From Vicugna vicugna (taxonomy: Eukaryota), in NCBI GenBank assembly GCA_013265495.1, contig MU058919.1, forward strand, positions 3,505,599 through 3,569,598: a stretch of 64,000 nt of DNA, given 5' to 3'. The notes under the pieces were generated by a model. It searched no databases, was not told the origin of the DNA, and was given only the letters and a program-made list of their open reading frames with translations. This document shows positions 27,101-38,207 of the stretch, piece after piece; within the stretch, counting starts at the first letter, position 1; every line of letters starts with the position of its first letter. Both the position numbers and the translations under genes were made by a program.

Positions 27101-28549
27101 GTGCGTGAAGTGGAAAGAATGCCGGAGAGAGTATGATGTGTGCTTCTATTTCAAAGTCATAAAGGAGGCTAACTTACACTGGGGCTTAGAACTTGACTAT
27201 TTTATCACAAATATATAAAATCCATTAGTTAGGAAAGAAAAAGAAAACAAGGGGGGTTTCCCCTGAAAACCATTCAAAGGATTGCAAGCTTCCAGGACAG
27301 AGGTCAGCTCCCCCATGCGTAGCAGTGGAAGAGATAGGGAGGGAAGAAGTGTCAGGAGGACAAAGAGAACCTAACCGCGGGACCACTCTGTGCGTTTCTT
27401 AACAGACATCCGCAGAGAGGGCTGCGTGGCTTTCTCTCTCTCTCTCTAAACTTCTGTATGTATTTTATGGCAGTGGCTGAAGTTATGATGTTCATGGACA
27501 TCTCTGGAGAATTCATTCTTAGGTCAGAAAGGAGCCCGTGTCTCATGTGGACTGTCCTTCTTTCATGTGGGAACGTGCAGCTCAGAGGGGCGAGGCTGGG
27601 ATGAGCTGGGAACAGTCCCACGCTTCCTGACTCCACATCAGCTGCCTTGCCTGTGACACCAAGTGAACTCTCCCTGTACATTCCTCTGAAAACAGCCGCC
27701 AAGCTCGATGTCTCCATTCTGTCATCCTCAGCCCCTCCCGATCCTTGGAAATAACCCTGCCCATAGAGACCAACGAGAAAAGCTCTCTGGAGGTGTTCAC
27801 GCTGGCTCTCCTGTATCACCTCCCTGCATCGGGGCACCTGGAAGCTGCCTCTGGGTCACAGGGGCACTTGGAAGGACATGACTTTGAGTGCACACATGGC
27901 CCTGGGCCGAGAGCCTTGTCCCCGGTATTTTATTTCATCTCCCAGAGAAGCCCAGGAGGCGGGGCTTCTTAACTCACAGAGTCAGACGCTGAGGTTGGAG
28001 GGGTTCATAACCATCCCCAAGCCCAGGGGGGGCCGAGGGCCGGGGCACAGTCGCCTGCTCAGGACCAGCTCGCTGCAGAGCCCAGGTGGTTCCCAGAAAA
28101 TGAATAAACCAAGGGAACGGGAGGCAGCCTCAGCCCACTGGCTGGAGTGTGTCACAATGCTTTGGGTTTACAACAAATGTGCAGAGACACCGAGGCTGAC
28201 TTATCAGGAACATTAGAAAATGAAGTGCTGACGTTCTCATCCTGTTCAGATAGGGGCCGCAGAGGGGCAGGAGTGCACTTGGCAGGCGGAGAGCCTTCCT
28301 GCTCCCGAGCTCAGTGCTGAGCGCTGCTCTCTCCCTCCCCTTGCTGCTCCCACGCCCTCTGTCCTGTGATGCGCTGTGCCAGACGCCCGGAGGGGGGCAG
28401 CGCCCAACACCCCAGAGACGACCCACTGGGATCGTTTGCAGAACCACAGAGGAGCCCACCTCCTCTCTTTGAAATGTGGCCGTTCCCACTCACAGGTGGA
28501 AGACCCTAATCTCCATCAAGTGTCTGGGTTTTGGCAAAAGCAACGCAGT

Positions 28550-28568
28550 CTCCCTCTAGAGGGCGCCC
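28550..28568 (+). promoter_or_regulatory. CTCF motif
   Basis: Core CCTCTAGAGGGCGC (28553-28566) matches 13 of 14 positions of CCASYAGRKGGCRS, at the edge of a local CpG cluster. Confidence 0.55.
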
Positions 28569-29429
28569 GGCCGGCCTGAGGTGGGACCCCCCCACTGCGC
28601 CCGGCACCCCCCTCGGCTCCGGGAGGGGGCTCGGGGTGCCCACCGTCGGGCCCCCTCGCCCCACGCTGGGGCCTCGGTGGCTCCCGGATTCATACTCTGG
28701 CTGCTGCAGTGGCACCTGGTGGTTCCTTGCGGGCTCTTTCTGCTCTGTGACTTAAACAAATCAAACTGTCCTCTCCTGCTTCCTCTGTAATTGCGATGCA
28801 GTATTTATTCTGTTTGGGCATGGATAATTAGAGAAAATTCAGAGAGATTTCTCATCCCCTGACAGGTCCTTCTGAGGAGTGCCTGGTTCTGAGTGATCTG
28901 TCAGGATCAGGACGTAAGGTAGAGCAAGTCTATAATGTCTGTCCACCAGCATCACTGTCTGGGGGAGAGCGAGTCACCGCGTAGAAATACGTGTTGTGAT
29001 GACCTCGCGTTGCTGCTGGGAGAGTGAGACCTTTTTCATGCTTTAGCGAAAGGCTGTCTGTATACACGTATAAATTACAGATATGTGTTTAGTACACACA
29101 CCCTTCCCCTGGCAGAGTAAGATCCTGACGGCCGTACAGGCTGATGAACGATCAAGTGCAGGCTCGTACAGTGGCCTATGAACCCTTCAAAGGGGGCCTG
29201 AGTTGATTTGACTTGGAGCCTCTCCTCACCTGGCACAGTGCTCAACACTTAGGAGACTCTTGGTAGAAGCCTCTTGAACCTATGAATGGACCATCCACCT
29301 GTCTCCAGGGAGTCCCATGTGGGATTGTCCTGCACCCATATTGTCACTGGGTTTCTAGTTGAGTAACTGGTCACTCCATTTACCAGCCCACGTCACGAGA
29401 GCTCGGGGCTCCCGAGTGGCCCGCGCCCG

Positions 29430-29587
29430 TTCCGTGAGCACGGCAGTACTCGCTCGTACGCATCTTGTATACGGCTGTGTTCACGAGGCAGTGGCAGATC
29501 TGAATCATTTGAACAGAGACCACACGGCCTTCAAAGCCTGAAGTATTTACTCTCCGGCCTCTAGCAGAAAACGTTTGCAGCCCTCTG
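29430..29587. mobile_element. MER58A-like DNA transposon relic
   Basis: acagagaccacacggccttcaaagcctgaagtatttactctccggcctctagcagaaaacgtttgcagccctctg matches the recalled MER58A 3' half. Confidence 0.7.
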
Positions 29588-31373
29588 CTACATCGGACAC
29601 TGACCTCGAGGTCTTCCGAGAAACAGGTGCTACCGGCCTGGGCCCCCATCTCTACGTGTAGGCACCCCTCCCCCATTCTGTAGCGGCCTCACTTGTTTCA
29701 GTGATGAGAAGGAAAACACAGTTGAGGAAACATTACTGCAGGATGCCACGCTGGGTTTGTGTTATTAACTCGTTGCTGTCCCTCAGAGCTTTACTCTTAC
29801 CTCCTTGGCCCACAGAGCCGCTGACAGTGCTGTCCTCAAAGGGCCCCTGATGTCAGGGGAGTCCTGTGGCTAATTTTCCTTTCCTATCACTGTGTGTATT
29901 GGACTCGGGAGAACAGGGCCTCCCGCCGTGGAGAAATCCCTTTCTGGGGGAGGCTGACTAGGACCCCGTGGGGGAGACTGACTCACTGGATTGATAGCCC
30001 TTGCTGCAAGCTACCAGCTCCGTGGGCTCGTTGGCTGTTTAGGATGTTCTCCTCTTATGTGATGGTCTCACATGTGCTGTGACTCAGTACAAAACCCCCA
30101 GAGTCTCATGATTTCATCCCTGCCTGTTGGTTACATTTAAGGGCCCGGTTTGGCCTAGATTCTATGGCTTCTCCCTCCTCCGCCCACACCCAAGCCTGCA
30201 GGTGACACCTGGCTGATGCTGGGAGAGACTGAACCCATGAAAGAACCTGTTTCACTCTGGGCAGCGGCAGACCCTGCCCTCTTGCTTGATGGCTCGAGTA
30301 AAGCCTCTCATAGTGTCTTCGGGTCTTCTCTGAAGGACAGAGTATCTTTGGGCTGTCACCAGCCAGGGAACCCCTCAAGACACAGAACGTGTGGGGTGCC
30401 ACTGTCTCAGAAATCAGCAGCCGTCTCCCTGCCAAGGTGCCATGTCTGGGTGGCTGGTGACGGCACACCCTGAGCGCTGCAGCCCCACACCCTTGGGTCG
30501 GAGGGTGCTCTGGGGAATCACGACGCTAACAAGAATTGGCTGGGTTTTTAAACTCACTGCTGCATCTGCCCAGTTCTCAGCCTTCAGTGACTACCTTAGT
30601 GACTTATTTAGATAGCCTGGGTGACCCTGAACTTCCTAGGTACAGACAACAATAATACTGAAAGCACTGAAATCAGCAGGATAATTCTTGGCATTCATGT
30701 ACGCAGAGGGTTGCCCGGACATTTTACAAGGGACTAAAAAGGCGCGGTTCTGAATATTTCTTGCACATCGGCCGCTTATAGAAGGCGTCCTACTGAAATG
30801 CCCCTGTTAGGATATGTCCTTTCTTTAGTTCTCACTGCGTGTTGATTATTGCTAAGACCTCTGCAGACATCGTCTTTCAGCTTCTACCATCTCTGTTTAA
30901 TAGAAGATGGAAGTGAAGCTCACTGAGATTAAGTCACTTGCCTAAGCTGAAAACGTGCTCTGCCGAGGCCTTTCAGACGAGAGTAGTGAAAGAGTCTCTT
31001 ATGAAAAATAATTTGGAAGCGACTGAAACCAGTCGTGGCTGGTGATACAGATATTTCTATGCACGGTGTGAAGAACTACTGCAGGGAGCTTGCCTGGCTA
31101 ACTCAGTAACGCAGCTCGTGCCGACCCGACAGTGAGCTTGCATAAACAAGCTCGGCAGTGGGGAGAAGTTCTATTCAAGTTATACATCCAGTGTAATTTG
31201 CCTGTGGCCACACTAAGCCAAGTTCAGCGAGTGTGACCCATGGCCTCACCAGGCCTGGCTCAAGCCTGCAGTGCAGTGTGGACGTGTGCAAAACGTGTCA
31301 CTTCTTTTCAGAGTCGTGAGCTCTGAAATGCACACAGGGTGCCTGTCCCCACTGGACCCCTTGTGTATGTACA

Positions 31374-31438
31374 GAGGTACTGGGAATGGAACCCAGGACC
31401 TTATGCATGCACTCGACCACTGAGCTCCACCCACCCCC
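31374..31438 (-). mobile_element. Degenerate tRNA-derived SINE head, same family as 36445
   Basis: gaggtactgggaatggaacccaggacc...ccactgagctccacccacccc is the reverse complement of the tRNA-like head, with an anticodon-arm deletion. Confidence 0.75.
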
Positions 31439-32374
31439 GAGACTCCTCTCAATGCAGGTAAAATTCTGTATGAAGCAGACCCTTCCCTGCTAATTTGGGG
31501 GTGGAGGGTGGGGAGAGACATAGATGGTACCCAGCTTCTGAGGATTCTCCACGGTTGATAACTTATACACTCCAGAGTGTTTTCTAGGCTAAACTCCATC
31601 AATATTTTAACTTGGTCATGAAATTCTTTGTTATGTTACATAATGACTGTATAACTATCTACATAAAGTAAAGTGACTTTTCCTATTTTCTACCATGAGA
31701 TGCAACGATAAGGTAACATTTCTTGGCTTTGAGTTCATAAAATCAGCCCTGTGAATTCCTCTTTTAAAGTGACCGTCCTAGTGCATGCCCCCGTTCAGGG
31801 GATTGGTCTGGTGCTCAGAGGAGCAGAAGGTTCCATTTTCAGGATTTTGTGAGCTGGCTGACATTGGCCGCAAGAGCAGTATTTACACCATGGAAATCGC
31901 AATGCTCCTCCCCCTCCCTCAGGAGCCAGGTGTTGAAGATGCGGTGGCACACCCCTCCCCCACCTGCGCTGGACCCAGACGCCTCAGCAAGGCGTGACGA
32001 TGGGGCTTGCTTCCTGTCTGCCCGCCTCTGAGGCTGCTGTCTCTGCCTATGTTCTGACATGGAAAAGCGCGGTGGAAATTTGAATTTTGGGCAAATTGAT
32101 GGCCCTGCGCATTGAACAAGACAGGTCCCCTTCAAAGTGGCCTGGGAAATTGAAACCACCAGATTCACTGTTGTCTGAGTCCCAGGGCTCAGAGAGGAAG
32201 TGGAAAGGAAGGTTCCTAGGAACGGATGTGGGAGTTCGCCCAGATACGTACTTGCCTGTCTACTGTGAACCTGTCCTGTGCGACAGCAGCTGAACTAGAG
32301 ATTGAGTTTTGAGTCACATCATCCTTGCCTTGATCTGCGGTGAGGAGCCAGGCACTGTACTTTGGGAATACTGG

Positions 32375-32527
32375 GTGAAGGCGTTTTTGTGATGATGGAA
32401 ATGTTCTCTGTCTTGTGTAGGAGCCAGTTACCACATGTGGTTCTTGGGCCATGTTGCTAATGTGACTGAAGAACTGAATTTTCAACTGTAATTAGAGTTA
32501 CATGTGGCCACTGCGTTAGACAGAGCC
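32375..32527. mobile_element. MER3-like DNA transposon relic
   Basis: gtgatgatggaaatgttct...ccacatgtgg...gtgactgaagaactgaatttt...catgtggcca matches the recalled MER3 consensus. Confidence 0.75.
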
Positions 32528-34743
32528 GCTCAGGGCTTTCAGGGACCACCTGTGTGCTGAGGGTGTGGGGGTGCATTCATCCCGCTGCAGTCAGATGCGG
32601 GGCCACCTAGTGTTCCCGAGACCCTAACACTGCTGGCCAGGGAGGCAACACTCAATGCCACCAGCAGACACCAACCTATTCAGATGCACCTGGGCTCAAT
32701 GCATGAGGTCACCCTGGGCTCTGGGCTCAATGCACGAGAAGGTCACCCCTGTCTTCCTCACCCTCCATCTGCAGGACGGGTGATGATTTCCTACTTACAG
32801 GTGAAGAAATGAGGTGCAGCCCTTGCCCAAGTCCTCAGAACCAGAATTCCCACCTCGATGTGTCTTAATAACTCAGAACCACTTTGTAGCTGATACAGTC
32901 TCAGAAAACTCAGGGGTCCCATTTAAAGCAAATCTCCATACTTGTTCTAATAGTGTAAGCGGGAGCCTATGCATAGAAAACAGTTCTTCTTTCATGGGGT
33001 GTTTGTGGGTATTCAACCCCGTGCAGGTGTTTATTCCAACCCCCCCACCCCAGGAGATGCATGTTATTTAGCCCATGCATTTGGCTTTATGCTATTTGTT
33101 GAATTACAGTTCCCACCTGGTGATGGAATCTTTCTGTCCTGGTCTGGGTTAAGTCACTACCAGCTGTACTGAAGTCAGCGAGGGGTCCCTGTTGGGACTT
33201 TTACTGTTTTGTGGGAACGTGGTCTACTAATCCACAAATCCCCGACAGACCCCCCCTTAGTGTGCTGCTTTGGGTTCTGTATATATTCAAGTCTGAATGA
33301 ATGAAATGGGATGAAAATGGAGATGTAAACCCAAGATCGAGCAAAGCCTTTTTGAAAACATTCTGTAATGTTAGGTTACTACTAATTTACTATTAGATTG
33401 GTTTGTGATTGGCTAACAACACTTTTTGCTTAATAATCTCGGCTACAAACAATGCTAGGTCATAGGAGGTAGGGGGTTAACTCCTTTTGTACATGGACAA
33501 CCTGCACGGAGCTGGAGAAGCCAGGCACCAAGGGCAGGACCTGCACCAGGCACCTTGCCTCTAGGGCCAGGACTTCAGTCTCACCCGCTGCCTCGGAACA
33601 CAGTTTCTTTTCTCCCCATTGTTTACAACATGCAAACATGATGTAACTCAACCACAACAATCCTGTGCATGGGGTGGTTTGCTGCCCTGGCAATGCATTT
33701 CCTGTCTTATCTTCATGCTGGCTGCCAGCTCACTTAGCCAGGGGTAGGAGCCCACAGGCTGAAATGAAGGGTGCTAATCACGGGAGGCCACAGGGCACTG
33801 CCTCAGGCGCCCCTTTCAGAACATGGGCTGGAGGGAATCCAGACAGTTTTGGGGAAGGGAATGGCTGGCAGTCTAGACAAAGGCCAGTGAGCCATGACAC
33901 TGTTTCAAGAAGCGGGGACCCAGCTCAGTGCTGGCTGTTTTGTGTCAGCCTAGCACACCGTCTGGCCTTCTCAGCTAAGGGGCTCAAGACTCATGTGCTA
34001 TCTTGAGGTCATTTGTTGTTAAATTTGCTGCTGCACAGTTTCCAGTTCAAGAGACGGGAAACAAAGTTCAGCCATCTGTTATCAACGGCAGACGGTACGG
34101 GCTGTTACCCTCTCTCTGCTGCCCGTCTGGACACACAGGGCAGCTCCTGCGGAAAGGTGTCTCTCTCCTAATCATACACAGATAAGGTTTGTCGAAGGAT
34201 GGGCATTGCTTCTGTGAGTTCCAAGTAAGGGGAAAAAACATTGTCTGCTTGTAAAATATAAAACCTCATATAGTGCAGAATATCAGTGTTATTCCAATTA
34301 GTTAGCATAAGCAAGTCAGCATTTACTTTTCAGAATGCCGTAATTCTTTTTTTTCTCTTCCGTAATATGATTCCTAAGAGGCAAGTGGCTTCTTGCTTAG
34401 GTATTTTTGACTGGCTTACCTATTATCCTTCATCAATATCATAAACCTTTATAGCCCTGGGAGATAAAAAGGAACGATCCATCAGTTCATTGAAAATACA
34501 GTTACTGAATGCCAGGCCAGGCAGGTGACGCTAACCAACACGTAAACTTTGCAGGGCAGGATAAAGGAGGTCTAGCGGCATAAAATGACCCGGGACCCCT
34601 CTGAACTTGCTCTGTCCTTAGACTACAGCCTGTTCACAGAAATGCTGGCTTAGCCTCTGTGGATGTGGGCTACGGGGGCTACCGGTGGTCCCCAAGGGTG
34701 GTGAGCCTACAGAGCACCGAAAGAAAATCGTGAACATACATAC

Positions 34744-35930
34744 CCTTCCCGATGGGCCTCTCCTTTTTCCAGCTCCTGAATGACCCCCAAGAGCACTTTG
34801 ATGGTTTCCTGGCTCGAGCTGATCAAGTTCTCCATCACCTGCAGCTGTGCTTTCAGGTCGACCACTTCCGTATGAGGCACGATTTGTTGGCATTCTTCGC
34901 CCACAGCGAGCGCTGTCGGACAAGGCTGGTGCTCCTGCCCCGGCAGGGCCTGGGTCTGCAGGGGCGCTGTACGGCATTCGGGGGACAGGCACTGCGTCGG
35001 GGGCGAGCAGGTCGCGGCAGCGCCCGGCGGGGCCTGGAGCCCGTTGGCCGGCGCCGCTCTCCTCCGCTCCCGGTGGGCCGCGGGGCAGAGGGACCACTCG
35101 CTCGAGGGGGCGGAGTTCGACAGGGCCCGCGCCGGGGCCTGGGCGCTGAGGGCGGGCGCGCAGACGGGGGCCACCTCCGTCTTGAACACCCGCCCGTGGG
35201 CTGCCGCAGCGGGCTCCTCGCTGTCCGGGGTCGGCCGGTCGTGCTGCGCTTTTCCGCGCGGCAGGTCCTCCGGCTCCGGGGAGGCGGGCCGCGCGGAGTT
35301 CTGCGGAGGGGCGTCTCGGCAGCTGCGCAGGTCGAGGGATTTGCATGGCCCTGCGCAGTTGACCCCGGCCGGCTGGTCCAGCGCGTCCACGTGCTCGTCA
35401 GAATGGAAAAGCGAGGCCGTGGTCTTCTGAACCCGGCCCGCGCCCCACGGCCGGGCCTCCTCCCCGGCCCCTTCCTCAGCCTTCGCCTTCTCCTCTACCA
35501 CAAACCCATTGTTTTGGCTTTTGAAGGCATCCACGGCAGGGATGCTTTTGAGGGCCCCTCTTTTGCGGTCCAGGGGGAAAGTCTGGTAACACTTTTTGAG
35601 GTCTGGCGAGGTCTGCACGCCTGTGCTCTTGGTGACGTTGGGGATGGACCTCCGAGCGGGCACCGTCATGTACTTGCGGTAGGCGGCCCGGCAGGACGCG
35701 GGCTTGGCCTCCCGCCTCCCCGCCGGCTGTCCGGAGGAGAGCTGCGGGTCCCTCCGCTCGTTCTGCGCCTCGCAGATATCCTTAAAGCGCACCTGCAGGG
35801 CTTTGTTCCGCTTTTTAACCTGCCGGTTGGCGTCCAGGGCATACTTCATCTCCAGGGCCAGGCAGGCGGCAGGCTCCACTTCGCTCGCCGACGTCGTGGG
35901 TACGCATTTGCTGGTTTCCTTGCTGACCAT
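34744..35930 (-). CDS. INSYN2A: INSYN2A (FAM196A) first, large coding exon: 395 codons + 2 nt. The CDS continues in downstream exons not visible here.
   Basis: Translation MVSKETSKCVPTTSASEVEPAACLALEMKYALDANRQVKKRNKALQVRFKDICEAQNE...EVVDLKAQLQVMENLISSSQETIKVLLGVIQELEKGEAHREG matches my recollection of mammalian FAM196A/INSYN2A. ATG at 35930 has strong Kozak context (gaaccATGg). Acceptor ctgtttccgaatgcag|GAACCATG puts the exon start at 35935. Donor GAAGG|GTATGT puts GT at 34743-34742. The ORF-track extensions MRVCIALTRLLLFPNAGT and YVCSRFSFGAL are intronic read-through. Confidence 0.95.
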
Positions 35931-36444
35931 GGTTCCTGCATTCGGAAACAGCAACAGACGTGTCAGTGCAATGCAAACACGCACGCGAACACGGGCAGCA
36001 CGGCTTCTGGCCAGAAGGACTGCTGCCGGCTCCCTAATTATTTTTAAACAGGTGAGGTCGGCCTTTATGTTAAGGAAAATCAGACAGGCGGAGAATCGCT
36101 GGCAGGCACAGCTTGAAATGCTTCTGAGATACTAAAGCTTGCTTCCTTCTCCGTGTGGGATACACTCGGTTTCCTTTTGATAGTAGTGCATGTTTCCCCA
36201 TTAGACAAACCTGTTTTACTATATTCATCAAGAAACCCAACGATGCTGCCTCTTCTGCAAATTGCCATTTCACACACACATCTCCACTTCAGAGGCAGAT
36301 GGGTTTCCAGACGCAACTTATTTGGTTTGCATTTTTACTATTTTTTTTTTTTGGATGACGTGATTAATCTACTATTGGGATCCAAGAGAATTGGTATTTT
36401 CTCTCAAAGATTTACTGGGAATTCTAGTGCCCGATCGGATAACC

Positions 36445-36630
36445 GGGGCGGCGGGGGAGGGTATAGCTCAGTGGTAGAGTGCATGCTTAATGTGCACAAG
36501 TCCTGGGTTCAATCCCCAGCTCCTCCACTAAAAAAATACACAAATAAACCTGATTACCTACCCTCTCCCCGAAATAAAAAAAAAAAATTAAAAGCAATTT
36601 ATTATTGGGGAAAAAAAAATAAATGTGGAG
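36445..36630 (+). mobile_element. tRNA-Ala-derived SINE (camelid vic-1-like)
   Basis: G-rich 5' leader, A box TAGCTCAGTGG (36464-36474), B box GGTTCAATCC (36506-36515), decayed anticodon arm, then aataaacctgattacc and an A-rich tail. Confidence 0.85.
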
Positions 36631-36711
36631 AGCCCTGCCATGAGGAACTGAACTAAATCTCTGTATGTTAGCCATATGGATGTCATGGGGTAGTGGGCCA
36701 TGCTCCTTTAC

Positions 36712-36964
36712 GGGAAAACCGTAAAGGATGAATCTCTGCTTCTAATGGGTTAACACCAGCCAGAGAAAGGACATGGGTTTCCCTGCATCTCCAAAGTCTG
36801 TGTTAGCAACTCTTTTCTTTGATTCTGTGGAGAGCAGTATTTGAAAATACTTTTTGTTTTTTGTGTTTTTTTTTTAAGAAATGATTCATTCTAGAATCAA
36901 GTTTTGTGTTTTGATCACAACCTCTGAAAATGAACACAGTGGTGGTGGTTTCAGGATTTAAATC
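36712..36964 (-). other. INSYN2A: Candidate INSYN2A 5'UTR exon; the acceptor is good but the donor end is uncertain
   Basis: Strong acceptor gtgattttattttctttcag|GATTTA at 36964, with an alternative acceptor gttcattttcag| at 36923. The best nearby donor, CCC|GTAAAG (GT at 36711), is weak. Confidence 0.35.
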
Positions 36965-37539
36965 CTGAAAGAAAATAAAATCACAAGGCTTTATGTTAAT
37001 CATGCAGATTCATCCTGGGCTGAATTATTAACTGCAACTAAAAAGATGCAGGTGGCCAAGGACTGCGCTGGGGGAATACCAGTGGGTAAAATGCCTTCAC
37101 TTTATTAGGCAGATTCACAGCTGTTTACTGCACATGGAAGAACTTTCTTGAGGGTGGAACTGAAAGCGAGAAAATACAGTGAAGTATGTTGTTTGTGACT
37201 TCGCTCCTCCCCGCCCCCCGTGTTCAAGAAGAAAACAGATGGGAGGAATCTCGGGTGTGCAGGGCCCTGGCGTCCGAGCGAGGGGCCGGGAGAGGCAAGG
37301 GCACTGACTGGAGCAGAACCAGCACGGGCTCGGGCTGCTCTGCCCCGCCCGGCTGTTCTTCGTGTTGTCATGGGGGAGCCGGTGAACCCAGCACACGGCC
37401 TCCCTGAGCACTTCTCGGGAAATGCCGTAGGCCCTGTGTGACTCGGGGCTGCCACTCCAGGAGCCAGTGGGTGTGTGGGTCTCAAGGTGTTCTGCTGGCA
37501 CCGGAGGACCAGACCTAGTACCTTCAGTGCCATGTGCCT

Positions 37540-37665
37540 CACTTCAGGGAGGAAACGGTTCAGAGAGGTTGTGTCGCTTGTTCATCATCACACAGCAAGG
37601 AAGGCATCCAGGCAGGAGCAGGAGCCTGATCTACCCGACCCCTGAGTCTTCGCTGGTTCTCACAT
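37540..37665 (-). mobile_element. MIR SINE fragment
   Basis: agggaggaaacggttcagagaggttgtgtcgcttgttcatcatcacacagc. Confidence 0.55.
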
Positions 37666-38007
37666 CTCAGGTGTCCGGCCAACACCGAGGCAGGACGCTT
37701 CCCCATGTCCCTAGTCCTTACTGAGTTGGGACTGCAGGCCAGCGGGCGTGCTGGTTCAGAGAAGGGGGAGAGAGAAGCCTGGAGCCCTTGTCTACGAGTG
37801 AGTTACAGAACCACCCCCTGCAGTCCGGGGCATGAGTTGACATCTCGGGCCAGCACGGTGCTGGCGCGTTCCGGGACTTGACTAGTGGTGCTGAATGACA
37901 GGCTTAGAGAAAATGCAAGTACTTCATCAGTTATGCCCTAAACAGTGAACTGGTGGTCATGTCAGAGGGCATCAGAAACAGCCCTGCAGAGCCGGGTTTA
38001 GATCAGA

Positions 38008-38207
38008 CGGGGCTTTCCCAGCCTCGGCACTCCCGGCGTTAGAGGCTGGGTAACGTGGTTGTGGGGGCGCTCCTAGGCCGTGTAGAGCATGTACTAGTGT
38101 CCCGCCATCTCACCACTAGGTATTAGTAGTACTCCCACCCCAAAGTGACGGAAATATCCCTAGACTAATGGCCCTGGGGGCCATAATCGTCCCCAGTTAA
38201 GAACCCC
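38008..38207. mobile_element. MER20, more diverged copy
   Basis: tttcccagcctcggcact...ttgtggggg...ccactagg...agtagtac...ccctgggggc...ccagttaagaacc resembles the recalled MER20 consensus. Confidence 0.6.

Noticed and set aside
32690-32748. Imperfect about 25-bp tandem duplication (ctgggctcaatgca...ggtcaccc)
   Set aside because: Ordinary local slippage with no sign of function.
34618-35346. 242-aa minus-strand ORF and other short ORFs overlapping the INSYN2A exon
   Set aside because: These are alternative frames of a GC-rich coding exon with low-complexity products.
36457-36527. Apparent tRNA gene (A/B boxes, Ala-like)
   Set aside because: The anticodon arm is decayed (AAT where AGC is expected), and it has a G-rich leader and SINE-type tail. 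It is a SINE, not a tRNA.
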